From an uncultured delta proteobacterium (GTDB lineage: Bacteria; Desulfobacterota; RBG-13-43-22), in contig CAWDKY010000017.1 in assembly GCA_963802945.1 (NCBI GenBank), positions 1 through 64,000 on the forward strand: a DNA stretch of 64,000 bases, read 5' to 3'. Shown here piece after piece: positions 10,192 to 20,266 of this stretch; position 1 is the first letter of the stretch, and each line of letters starts with the position of its first letter. Position numbers and translations under genes: made by a program. The notes under the pieces are model-generated. The model had not been told where the DNA came from. It saw nothing but the letters and a program-made list of their open reading frames with translations, and did not search any database.

Positions 10192-10538
10192 AGCCCCGTT
10201 CACGGGGTTTGCCGCGCAGCGGTGTAGGCCTGGCGTTGACGCCGGGTTATGAGGGCGAAGAGTGTGTTTCCCAGCCCCGTTCACGGGGTTTGCCGCGCAA
10301 GCGGTGTAGGCCTGGCGTTGACGCCGGGTTATGAGGGCGAAGAGTGTGTTTCCCAGCCCCGTTCACGGGGCTTCTCGTTGTTCGGCTTGAGCCGTGCCAT
10401 TGCGCGGCAGTTCTCACAGCTAAAGCTCAACGGCGAGAAGCCCCGTGAACGGGGCTAACTGAGAATTGTCAGATTCCGATCACCCAGCGTTAACGCTGGG
10501 CCTACACCGCTTCGCGGCAAGCCCCGTGAACGGGGCTA
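10192..10538. repeat. Composite REP/BIME-like element with five AGCCCCGTTCACGGGG units and an 81-bp tandem duplication
   Basis: Units at 10192, 10273 and 10355 (forward), 10439 and 10520 (inverted). 10192-10272 is nearly identical to 10273-10354. Confidence 0.9.
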
Positions 10539-10572
10539 TCTTGAAAACCGCGGAGTTATTACTTTACACGTT

Positions 10573-12512
10573 TTAATCGCGCATGATTCTGAACCAAGCC
10601 AGGTTCTCTGTCAGCGAGTCGGCCAGGAACTGGCCAAGATCCGCACGGCTGATGGCAGGGGCGTAGTCCAACCACGCCTCGTCCTGCGGCTGGCCTGAGG
10701 GATTGATGTCGGCGAAATCCGTCTCGCAGGCAACCGGTTGGCTGAAGGGCGCTGGCTGGTGCCCGGTTGGGATCGGCGAGACAATGCTTGCCGAAGCTCC
10801 CCACCCGGTCTGCGGAAGGCCGGAGGCAGGCGATGTCGTCGGCCATAGACCGGAGAGGGCGCCACGGGCGGCAATGCAGTTGCCGTCCAGGCCGAAGTTC
10901 TGCGTAAGCTCGTCAAAAGTGAGATGCAGAATTCCGGGGGCCTCGGTGTTGTTCCAGCCCCAGGGATTCAGCAGAGTAAACGTCTGGTCGGAAGCCCTGT
11001 AACCCAGGACGCCGTAATCATGATCGCCGACGATGCCAAGCGATGGGTTGTCGGCATACGAACCCAGAGTGAGCAGCATATTGGCAGAAATCGCGCTGAT
11101 GAAACTGGACGCGCTGGCATAGGTATCGGCATTGCTCTCCTGGTGGCCGGTGATAACCGGAAGTGCAGTGGCTGCCCAGCCGCCACAGAGGGAGGCATAG
11201 GCATTGGATTGCGGCCGCAGGTTCCACCCGGATTCGCAAAGCTGGGCGTACGCTTTCTCTGCCAGGGCAACCCAAAGGATATTGCTGGAACTGCTAACGG
11301 ACTGGCCAAAATCTGCGTATGTAAAGCGACCATTCTCGGCCGGGAAGTAATTGTCCACGGTAATATAGGACGCCACACCGGCATCATAGAAGCGGACAGT
11401 CCAGACGTGAACATGAGCGCCGTTCTCCAGAACGGTACCGTCGTCGGTGAACATGCTCTGGATGATGGACGGGTCGTCGGCGGCGGTGACCCCGAAAGAG
11501 GCCAACAGCCAGCAGTCGCCCTCTTCGCCCTGATACACGTCCTTGTAGGTGGGACCGCCGCTGCCGAACAGGGTGCCGGAGGCGAGGGCGTAGGTAACGG
11601 TGCCCGACAAGTATTCCATGTCTATCGCAGGATGGTCAGCACCCAGGAACCACTTGGCGACCAGATTCCGCAACAGGGCCGCCGAACTGCCCACCTGGAG
11701 ATAGCCCAACGTCGCACCCTGGAAATTGGCATTGGCCGGGTCGCCGTCGATGACCTTGTAAGTCAGGTTCTTGACCGAACCGGCCATGTTCACGTTAGCC
11801 GCCCCGCTCGTCGTGATCAGGGCCTGCAAGGATTGCAACTCGGCACTCGTGAGCGGACCCGCGGACTCGGCCTGGGCAAACAGGCCCAACATGTCGCTGT
11901 AGGTGAGGGAACCGTCGCGCATGTAATCGGTTCGCGCCAGGACTTGCAGGGCGGCATCGCTCATGTTCTGGCTGAACCAATCATTACCGGTCGCGTAGAT
12001 GGTGATGATGCCGCTGGTGCCTCGGATTGTTCCAGCGGTGGCCGTGAGCGTAACCATGCCCGCGGAATTGAGCGTGACGGCGGCACTGGCAATGCCACTG
12101 GTGAATGCAGGCGGTGACGATAGGTTCACGGTTTGCCCGTTGCTGCTGGTCAGGGTCACGTTGCCGGAGTAACCGGTGACCGTATTGCCGAATCTATCCT
12201 TGGCCACAATGGTGACGTTGAGGCCCATGCCGGCGATCCCTGAAACTGGTGCAGTGACCGTGAAAGTGGTTGCCGGGCCACCGTTGACAACGATACTGCG
12301 GCTCGTGCCCTGGAGCGTGCCGCCCATGACTGTAAGAGTCAAGGTATCGGGCGTGATGAGAGTGACCGTCGTCACAGCCACACCTCTGACGAAGGTCACG
12401 GCCGCCACCATTTTTTGGCCGTCGCTGGCGGTCATGGTCGCCATGCCAAAGGTGCCGGTGGCCGTGTTGCCGAAGCCGTCCTCGGCAGTAACGGTGACGG
12501 TGAAGCCGGTGC
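10573..12512 (-). CDS. Calpain-like (C2) cysteine peptidase with N-terminal Ig-like repeats; 5'-truncated
   Basis: QGEEGDCWLLAS, LAEKAYA, DHDY, LLNPWG catalytic motifs; VTA.D.FGN Ig repeats. Homology ends abruptly near 12512. Confidence 0.85.
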
Positions 12513-12556
12513 AACGTTCTGACGAGTTGTCTGAGATGTGGAAGAAGCGAGGTGAG

Positions 12557-13993
12557 ATGGCTTGGGGAATCTTGGGCAAGTAATAGGACTCAAATTCGAG
12601 GCGGCGAAAGAGCGATGCCACGCTCTGAAAGCCGAGCTTGAAAAGCTTGATACTAGGCTATGGGCTTCGCCTCAAGGCTGCAAAGCCCTTCACACGTTCC
12701 TGTCCCGCGCAAATAAGACACTCTTAGAATTCTTCGATATTGAAGCTAACAATTCAAATATGACGTGCTGTCCCCTTACGAGCAGGAACTCAGGGTTCAT
12801 CGTGCTTGCTCTCTTGTGCGGTCCTCTTAGTACCTTGGTATCCTCTCGGGAGCCGAGATTAACCAAACCAGCGCAGAGATCGCCTTGCCACTGAGAAGAT
12901 TCGTGAGGGAACTACCGGAATCGGAGGTTCTTCTTAGGGCTGTCTACCAACTCAATTACACCATCATCAGGGTACCGCCGAAGACATACGAAAGTTGTTT
13001 TCTGAGAGCTTTTCATTCTTGTCAGCGACCGACGACTTGCCAAAACTACTATATATAATTAATGTTCCCCCCATTGAGGCGAACGATGCACTGCTGAACT
13101 CAATCCTTGCTCACGAGTCTGCCCATGGGATTTATAAACAGAAGAATCTCGCTGACCAGATACTTCCGAAAGTAAAAATACCGAATACGCAGATCAAATC
13201 GTGGGCCAAAAAGATAGTCACTGAAACTAAAAGTGCAGAAGTCAAAAAGGGTGAGACGATTCGGTTTCCCTTTGAGGAAATCGAAGTTCGGAGAATGCTT
13301 ACCGAGAGCGTGACCAGCACCGTAGGAAACTGGGTCACTGAGTTGTGCTGCGATGCGCTCGGACGTTACTATCCTCGGCCCTGCTTATTTCTTTGGGTTC
13401 GTGCACTTTTTCTCAACTGTCGCAATACTTGATCGTTTGTCAGGTTCTCATCCACCGCCAAGGTTGCGAATCCATCTGATGTGCAAGCACCTCCAAAATA
13501 TTTACGACTTTAAGGATCACGCGAAGCCTTTCGGAATTCCTTAGGCAATGGGCAGTTAAGGCGGAGGAAAAGCCCGCCAAATCGATATCGACCAACTTGC
13601 CCTTGACGTTCGCTCTTAAGGCCATTTCCGATAAAGTGATTGATCGTATATCCAAAGTGGCTATAGGATCTGTTCAGAAAGGGCGTCAGATATATTTCCC
13701 AAGCGAAATTTCTTGAAAACATTGAGACCGTGGTCCCGCTGTTAATCGAAAACGTTCCGGCAGCCGAGCTACGCACTAATTCTGATGAGAGCTGCAAAAT
13801 TCCGGATATTGCTGATATATTAAATGCAGGTTGGTACATCAAACTTGCTGACTTCGACACATTTCAGAGCAGCCTTCCTGACAACATCAGCGGTGACAGG
13901 TCTAAAAGCGAACGGCACCTACACAGATTGCTTCTCAAATGCATGGAACTCGCAGAGATCAAAAGGCGATGGAGTGAAGTAAAAAGTAAATAG
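12557..13993 (+). CDS. Soluble HExxH gluzincin / M48-like metallopeptidase-domain protein (~480 aa, several frameshifts)
   Basis: GAGGTG RBS. Stitched ORFs 12562, 12995, 13353 and 13730 give ILAHESAH (13112-13126), WVTELCCD, GPAY, SHPPPRLR and ILNAGW. Confidence 0.7.
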
Positions 13994-14006
13994 ATCGGGG
14001 GTGAGT

Positions 14007-14638
14007 ATGCTTCTTCTCAGTACGACAGCTCCTGAAGGACATGCTTCTTAAACCAAAACGCGACGAAAAAGTGTCCAATCGACTTATCGTAACGCCCATT
14101 CTTGACGACAGACTCCAAGTATCGAATGGCAGTGCATCTATAGACGTCCGATTGGGTCAGAAATTCCATGTGCCTAAGCGCACTAAGATCTCTCACTTGG
14201 ATCACTTGCAAGATACACATATGCGGGACATTGAAATGTATAAGGATGAAACCTTTGTCCCAATTGGAGATTACTTTATTTTACACCCAAGACAATTCGT
14301 TCTTGGAGAAACACTCGAATGGCTGCATCTTCCGTACAATCTTTCTGCATATGTCATTGGAAGGTCCTCATGGGGCAGGGACGGATTAATAATCGCAACT
14401 GCCACCAATGCATCCCGGGTACTCAGGGATAATCACCTTGGAAATTTCCAATATCGGAGAGATACCGGTCTATCTCCGGCCAGGTGTTAGAATCGCTCAA
14501 TTATTCATTCAAAGGGTAGAAGGAACGATCAGTGGTGATAAAGACCCATCGAACCTCAGCGGCTCGACAGAACCCCGAAATGCAAACGCAGCTTCGGTTG
14601 ACAGGGACATCATAAAGGCATTCGCTAAATCCGATTGA
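14007..14638 (+). CDS. dcd: dCTP deaminase (trimeric dUTPase fold), variant; frameshifts near 14015 and 14408
   Basis: ASIDVRLG, LHPRQFVLGETLE, GRSSWGRDGL, HPGYSGIITLEISN, PGVRIAQL. Confidence 0.88.
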
Positions 14639-14666
14639 TTTCTTGGCTGCCAGCACAAAATAAACC

Positions 14667-14852
14667 GGGACGCCCTTAAGTTTTTAGTATCTTATACTGT
14701 TACCAAGTAATAGTTCTCCCAGGCAATTATTTCTCCCCTTTCACAAATTAACCAACACCGGGGGCGTTAAGTCTTTCTAACCAGAAATAAGAATAGAACG
14801 CCTTTTATCATTTTAACTCTTTTTTTTAAACTTAGAATCTTAAGGGCGTCCC
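14667..14852. mobile_element. 186-bp MITE-like element
   Basis: Perfect 14-bp inverted repeat GGGACGCCCTTAAG (14667-14680) / CTTAAGGGCGTCCC (14839-14852) around an AT-rich non-coding core. Confidence 0.65.
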
Positions 14853-14855
14853 ACA

Positions 14856-15312
14856 TTATATATTAATCGCTTTCTTTATTCTCACACCTCTGAACATTAT
14901 GTCGCAAGAATCACCGTATGCGATGAGCCGAGGAAATAGGCAGTTGGCATTGCAACCATCAAAGATAGGCTCCTCCATGAATCCACCTACGAAGTGGTAG
15001 AGTTGTTTGCCTGGATTCGGCTGGTTAAGCGGCGCTATGGTTAAGGCAAGCATCTGGAGTATCTGCAAACTGGCGCAAGCCATTAGCAAAGTGAAGACGT
15101 TCTCTCGGCTTTTCAGCGGGTGATTTTTAGCTAAACCGGCGATGTAAGTTGAGTTGTCCAGGTGCCCTTCGCGTTCCATCTGGACCAAACCAGGATCGTA
15201 CTGTTCTAAACACTGCAGACAGCGGCGGCCAATAGTCGCGGTATGAGCTCCCCAGTCAGCCGCTACTAACTTGCCAAAGCGGTTTGTTCGAACGGCAATT
15301 CCACCGTCGATT
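14856..15312 (-). pseudogene. C-terminal fragment of a ThiF/E1-like protein
   Basis: Frame extends upstream of ORF 14856..15188 as PIDGGIAVR...AHTATIGRRCLQCL...RENVF...CASL. No N-terminus. Confidence 0.6.
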
Positions 15313-15334
15313 GGGTCTGAGGGTCAGGTCTATA

Positions 15335-17030
15335 GGGTCTGTTGCCGAAATCCTGAATTAATGATGAATCAAATTATAAAAAGTTGCATCAAAAATAAAA
15401 TAACTACTTGTTGCCCAAATTCTCAGTTAGCCACGATTTAAGTTAAAAAAATTGCGATAAAATTAAAATAACTGTATGATATATTTAATTATTATGATAT
15501 CATAGCCCCATCTTTAATCAAGAGGTTTTCCATCATGATGGGTTATGAATCCAAAGAGAATCAGGGAAAGTTATTTTACTATGGCTTACACCTTGAACAA
15601 AGAGTACGACCAGATCATCCTCTAAGAAAGATTGCCGAACTCATAGACTTTGATTTTATTTATAATGAAGTTAAAGAAAGCTATGGGATGAAGGGTAATG
15701 TTTCTGTACCTCCGCCGGTTATTCTCAAACTGATGCTGTTGTTGATTCTGTATAATGTGAGATCGGAACGGGAACTCATGACTACTATTCCTGAGCGTTT
15801 AGATTGGCTGTGGTTTTTGGGCTATGACCTGGACGATGAGATTCCGAATCACAGTGTTTTGAGTAAGGCCCGGAGCCGTTGGGGAGTAGAGGCCTTCAAA
15901 TATTTTTTTGAACGAATCGTCTGGCAATGTGTGGAGGCGGGATTGGTCGATGGTGCCAAACTTTTTATGGATTCCAGTCTGGTTCAGGCCGATGCGGCCA
16001 ATGATTCGGTGGTGAATCGGGAGTCATTGAAACGCTATCTGAACCAAAGTTATCAAGAGATGGAAGCCCGGTTAGAAGAGCAACCGTCTGAGGAACCCCT
16101 GTCGGGAGAAGTCAACCGGCGCTATATCTCTACGACCGATCCGGAAGCCTCAGTGATCCGTCAAGGAGGAGGAAATCCCAAGTTGAGCTACAAGGTGCAC
16201 CGAGCCGTGGATGGCCAAGCGGAAGTGATTACAGCTACCGAAGTTACTCCGGGACAGGTCAATGAAGCCCATCGTTTACCGACCTTGATAGAGCAGCATC
16301 AGGAGAACACGGAAAAGGCCGTCGAAACGGTGGTAGCTGACAGCAAGTATGGGACGGTGGAAAACTTCCTGCACTGCCATGATCTTCAAATAGCCGCCCA
16401 TATTCCCGATCTTAAAGGACAACAGGAAAAATCCGGCAGTCGAGCGGGTATCTTTCCTGAAGAGGCCTTTGTTTATGATCCCCAGACCGACACCTACCAA
16501 TGTCCTGCCGGGCAGTGCTTAGCACTTCGACGCTATCATACCCAACGCCGGGCCGTGGAGTATGTCTGTGCTCGAAAGGTTTTTCGTTCTTGTCCGCTTA
16601 AAGACCAATGTACCCGTTCCCGAACCGGCCGATCCATCAATCGGCATCTCCGGCATGAAGATCTCAGCCAGATGAGAGCCAAGGCTGGGTCCTCCGATTC
16701 TAAGAAGGATCTTCATCTGCGCCAGCATCTTATGGAGCGAAGTTTTGCCCAAGCTACCCGTTATGGCTTTAAACGGGCCAGGTGGAGAAATCTCTGGAGA
16801 GTCCAGATTCAGGAATACCTGACGGCTTCCTTACAGAACATCCTAATCCTTATACGTCATGTCAAAGAGCAAAGGCCGGCAGCGGCCAATAAAAATCAGA
16901 AAGGAAATCCGAAAAGGCTATTAATCCGTCTGGCCAATCGTTTTTGGAGAGGATTCCCTTTCGGCTATCTTCCCAAGCCAGTTTTTATTTACTCTTATGA
17001 TTTATAAATTATATTTTGGGCAACAGACCC
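15335..17030 (+). mobile_element. IS1182-family insertion sequence
   Basis: Inverted repeats GGGTCTGTTGCCGAAA (15335) / TTTGGGCAACAGACCC (to 17030), with TA on both sides. Confidence 0.92.
15535..17007 (+). CDS. IS1182-family DDE transposase
   Basis: HPLRKI, SERELM, PNHSVLSK, MDSSLV, STTDPEA, VADSKYG, CPAG, ERSF motifs. Confidence 0.93.
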   Translation: MMGYESKENQGKLFYYGLHLEQRVRPDHPLRKIAELIDFDFIYNEVKESYGMKGNVSVPPPVILKLMLLLILYNVRSERELMTTIPERLDWLWFLGYDLDDEIPNHSVLSKARSRWGVEAFKYFFERIVWQCVEAGLVDGAKLFMDSSLVQADAANDSVVNRESLKRYLNQSYQEMEARLEEQPSEEPLSGEVNRRYISTTDPEASVIRQGGGNPKLSYKVHRAVDGQAEVITATEVTPGQVNEAHRLPTLIEQHQENTEKAVETVVADSKYGTVENFLHCHDLQIAAHIPDLKGQQEKSGSRAGIFPEEAFVYDPQTDTYQCPAGQCLALRRYHTQRRAVEYVCARKVFRSCPLKDQCTRSRTGRSINRHLRHEDLSQMRAKAGSSDSKKDLHLRQHLMERSFAQATRYGFKRARWRNLWRVQIQEYLTASLQNILILIRHVKEQRPAAANKNQKGNPKRLLIRLANRFWRGFPFGYLPKPVFIYSYDL

Positions 17031-17271
17031 TAAAGAGCCGACACCGTATACTGACACCGGGGACGAGACAACTCGGAAAAGAATCACCGTAGTCAACCAA
17101 TAGCTATACAGCAGAACACGTTACCCGATTATTGTGGTGTTAGCCTTCGGTCTGATGATATCACTTATTGTGGAGGCGTGCAGGCATAGATGTCAAGGCG
17201 ATCCCACTCTACCAATACCCATTGTTAGCCAAAATACAAAGACAAAAGTCCACCGTCTTACTGTTTTCGTT

Positions 17272-17751
17272 TTAAATTTCGATGAGCTCTCCTTTTAATC
17301 CCGAATCATCGACATGGATGAAGCCTATCGTCGGTTTTCTGAAGAATCCGATCCCCGAGGCCGATCCGGGATTAAAAAAAAGAATCCCATCGGACCAATG
17401 ATTGGCCGCTTTATGGGAATGCCCATATACCAAGCAGTCGATGCCGGAAAATTCCGGGCGCAAACGATCCTCCAGTCTTCCCGCCGGGCCCCAGCCGTGA
17501 ATCAAGCCGATTTTAAAGTCGCCGAAGGTAAAAATTTTTTTAACCGGCAGGATGGCCTTTAAATTTCCCGAATCCATGTTCCCCTGGACTGCTTCAACCT
17601 TAAGGGAATGGAGAAATTCATATACGGGCAGATCGACCATGTCTCCGGCATGGAGGATAAGATCCACATCCGTAAAGTGTGTTTTGATGAGACGCTTAAA
17701 CTCAGGAGTTACCCGGGTCAAGTGGGTATCGGATAATATGCCAATCTTCAT
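17272..17751 (-). CDS. YfcE-family metallophosphoesterase
   Basis: SDTH, HAGD, GNMD, HG, GHSH, NPGS. Confidence 0.92.
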   Translation of the reverse strand: MKIGILSDTHLTRVTPEFKRLIKTHFTDVDLILHAGDMVDLPVYEFLHSLKVEAVQGNMDSGNLKAILPVKKIFTFGDFKIGLIHGWGPAGRLEDRLRPEFSGIDCLVYGHSHKAANHWSDGILFFNPGSASGIGFFRKPTIGFIHVDDSGLKGELIEI

Positions 17752-17777
17752 TTTCAGCCTCAATGTTTGGCATCTCG

Positions 17778-18629
17778 TTAATCAACAGGCCAACCCAACA
17801 GCCTTTGGCTGTTCCCGCCCAGGATAGCGGTTTGTTGTTTTTTGGTCAGACCGGCTTGACTCATATCATTTAAGTAACGATTCAGAGGCAAAAGCGGGTA
17901 GTCGCTGCCAAAGAGGATCTTTTCTATCCCCATGATCTTGATGGCATGCTCGTAGATTTCCGGCCGGTAGAGAAAAGGAGAGGCGGCTGTGTCAAAAAAG
18001 GTGTTGGTGAGAACCTCCTTGACCTCCCGCTTCATCAATTGATACCACCCCAAGCCTCCTCCCCAATGGGCCAGGATAAAGATAGTCGAAGGGAAGAGCT
18101 TAATTAATTTATAGAGTTCATTAAACGGCAGGTGCCCTTTCCCCGGATACTGATGTCCTACCGGTTCGCTGGTATGGATCAAGACCGGAACTTTCCACCT
18201 CGTAGCCATTTCAACCAAAGGGCGCATCCGGTCAACAAAGGAGCCTTCGGCCAAAGGCATATAGAGAGCGATCTCCCCCATTCCCCTCATACCGGCCTTT
18301 AACCAACGCTCTCCTTCTTCAAGAGCCTCGGGGAGTTCCGGATTCAGACAGACGAACCCCAACAGACGATCTGGATATATGGTCATGGCCTCTAAGACAT
18401 AGTCATTGGAACGGCGCATCAAATTAGGCTGTTTCCAGGGAAATCCGAAGGTGACCGAAGCCTGGATCCCATCCCGATCCATGGCCTCAATGAGACCATC
18501 GACGGTAGTCATGGGGGACTTTTTTTTGTCCCGATACAGAAGCTCAAAGGCCGGCTCTCCAGGGAAAAATCGTTCCCGGTCTTGGCAGATTTCAGGAGGG
18601 AAGATGTGGGTATGGATGTCGATGATCAT
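17778..18629 (-). CDS. Amidohydrolase family protein
   Basis: DIHTH, GEI, LAHWGGG, FGSDYP. Confidence 0.9.
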   Translation of the reverse strand: MIIDIHTHIFPPEICQDRERFFPGEPAFELLYRDKKKSPMTTVDGLIEAMDRDGIQASVTFGFPWKQPNLMRRSNDYVLEAMTIYPDRLLGFVCLNPELPEALEEGERWLKAGMRGMGEIALYMPLAEGSFVDRMRPLVEMATRWKVPVLIHTSEPVGHQYPGKGHLPFNELYKLIKLFPSTIFILAHWGGGLGWYQLMKREVKEVLTNTFFDTAASPFLYRPEIYEHAIKIMGIEKILFGSDYPLLPLNRYLNDMSQAGLTKKQQTAILGGNSQRLLGWPVD

Positions 18630-18632
18630 TGA

Positions 18633-18692
18633 GAGTGACGAGTGACGAGTGACGAGTGACGAGTGAAAAAAACAACCCGAAACTCGAAACCC
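18633..18692. repeat. Heptamer array (GAGTGAC x5) with a short complementary tail
   Basis: Tandem GAGTGAC units directly visible. Confidence 0.75.
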
Positions 18693-18700
18693 TCACGGGT

Positions 18701-20264
18701 TTATTGGTTTTCTTCTTTCTGATTTTCTTCCTGGGTTGTTGTTTCGGGTTGTGAAGCAGGGGCTTCCTTTTTTTTCTTAATAAATTCCAGCTTTCCTTCT
18801 TCCGGCATCATAGTAGGCTGGCCTTCCAGAAAAATGGATACCCGATGACGCTCTTCCAAACGGGTCAGTTCTTCCCGTTTCCGGTTCAGCAGGTAATTGG
18901 CCACTTCCAAAGGAAGCACCCCGTTTACCGTGGTAATGGTTCCCTTGGAGATCCCCAGCCAGATCTTTCTCAGATACATGAGGGCCAGCGTTTCTATGGA
19001 CCGAACCTGTCCTTTCCCTTGACAGGTAGGACAGGTATAATAGGTGCCGAACTGGATCGGGGGCCGGATGCGCTGGCGGGAAAGCTCAAGCAGGCCGAAT
19101 TTGGAAATCCGCGAAACCGTGGTTCGGGCCTTATCCCTTTTAAGGTGGTTTTTTAAAACCTTGACCACTTCGTTTTGATTTTTGGTTCCTTTCATATCGA
19201 TAAAGTCAATGACGATCAATCCCCCCAAATCTCTTAACCGCAATTGACGGGCGATCTCTTCGGCGGCTTCCAGATTGGTTTTGAAGGCCGTTTCTTCGAT
19301 CTGCCTTTCTTTGATCGAACGCCCGGAATTGACATCCACCGCCACCAGGGCTTCGGTGGAATCGATGACAATATGCCCTCCGGATTTTAATTTGACCCGG
19401 TTTTGAAAGATGGTTTCAATCTGATTTTCGATCTGATGTTTGGAAAAGATCGGCCGGGTTTCTTTATAAAGCTTGACCTGGTTGAGCTGCCGGGGGGCGA
19501 TGATCCCCAGAAAATCCCGGACCTGTTTATAGATGTCTTTATTGTCGATCAATATCTCCTGAATGTCCGGGGTAAAAAGATCCCGGATGGTCCGGATAGC
19601 CAGATCCATTTCCTTATAGACCAGGGAAGGGGCCGGCTGTTCCATGGCCCGGGTCCGTATCTCTTCCCATAATCTCAACAGGGATTCCAGGTTTTTGGCC
19701 AGTTCCTGTTTTTTCTTCCCTGCTCCGGCGGTTCGAACAATCGTGCCGATTTCTTCCGGGACCTTCAATTGGGTCAGGATGGCTTTCAAACGATCCCTTT
19801 CGGCTTCGTCTTCTATCTTTCGGGAAATCCCCACGCCGGGTTGGCCGGGGGTTAAGACCAGAAAACGTCCCGGAAGAGAGATATAGGTCGTCAGGGCCAC
19901 ACCTTTGGTCCCCGACTCCTCCTTGGTCACCTGGACCAGAATTTCCTGTCCGCGGCGGATCATTTTCTGGATGGGGAGTCGGCCGTGCTTGTGCGAATCG
20001 GAGGGCTCCGCAGGATTCGAGGTGATACTCCGGATGGATCTCATCGGCCTGAAGAAATCCGTTTTTTTCGCTCCCGTAATCCACAAAGGCGGCCTGCAAG
20101 GCGGGTTCGATATGGGCCACGACTCCCTTATAAATATTGCCTCGAATCTGTTCTTTGGCCGTGGTCTCGATATAAAATTCTTCCAGGATGCCGTCTTCGA
20201 TCAGGGCGATCCGATATTCTTCCGGATCGACGGCATTGATCAGGAGTTTTTTGACTGGGGGCAT
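18701..20264 (-). CDS. Ribonuclease E/G family; frameshift near 20020
   Basis: GNIYKGVV, AAFVDYG, VDVNSG, LRLRDLGGLIVIDFIDM, CPTCQGKG. Confidence 0.93.
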
Positions 20265-20266
20265 GG

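Noticed and set aside
10192-10538. CRISPR array
   Set aside because: The spacers are duplicates or inverted copies, unit orientation flips, and no cas genes are present.
17031-17270. tRNA/tmRNA att site bounding the island
   Set aside because: No cloverleaf or T-loop consensus is recognisable. No rRNA or tRNA genes were seen anywhere in the window.
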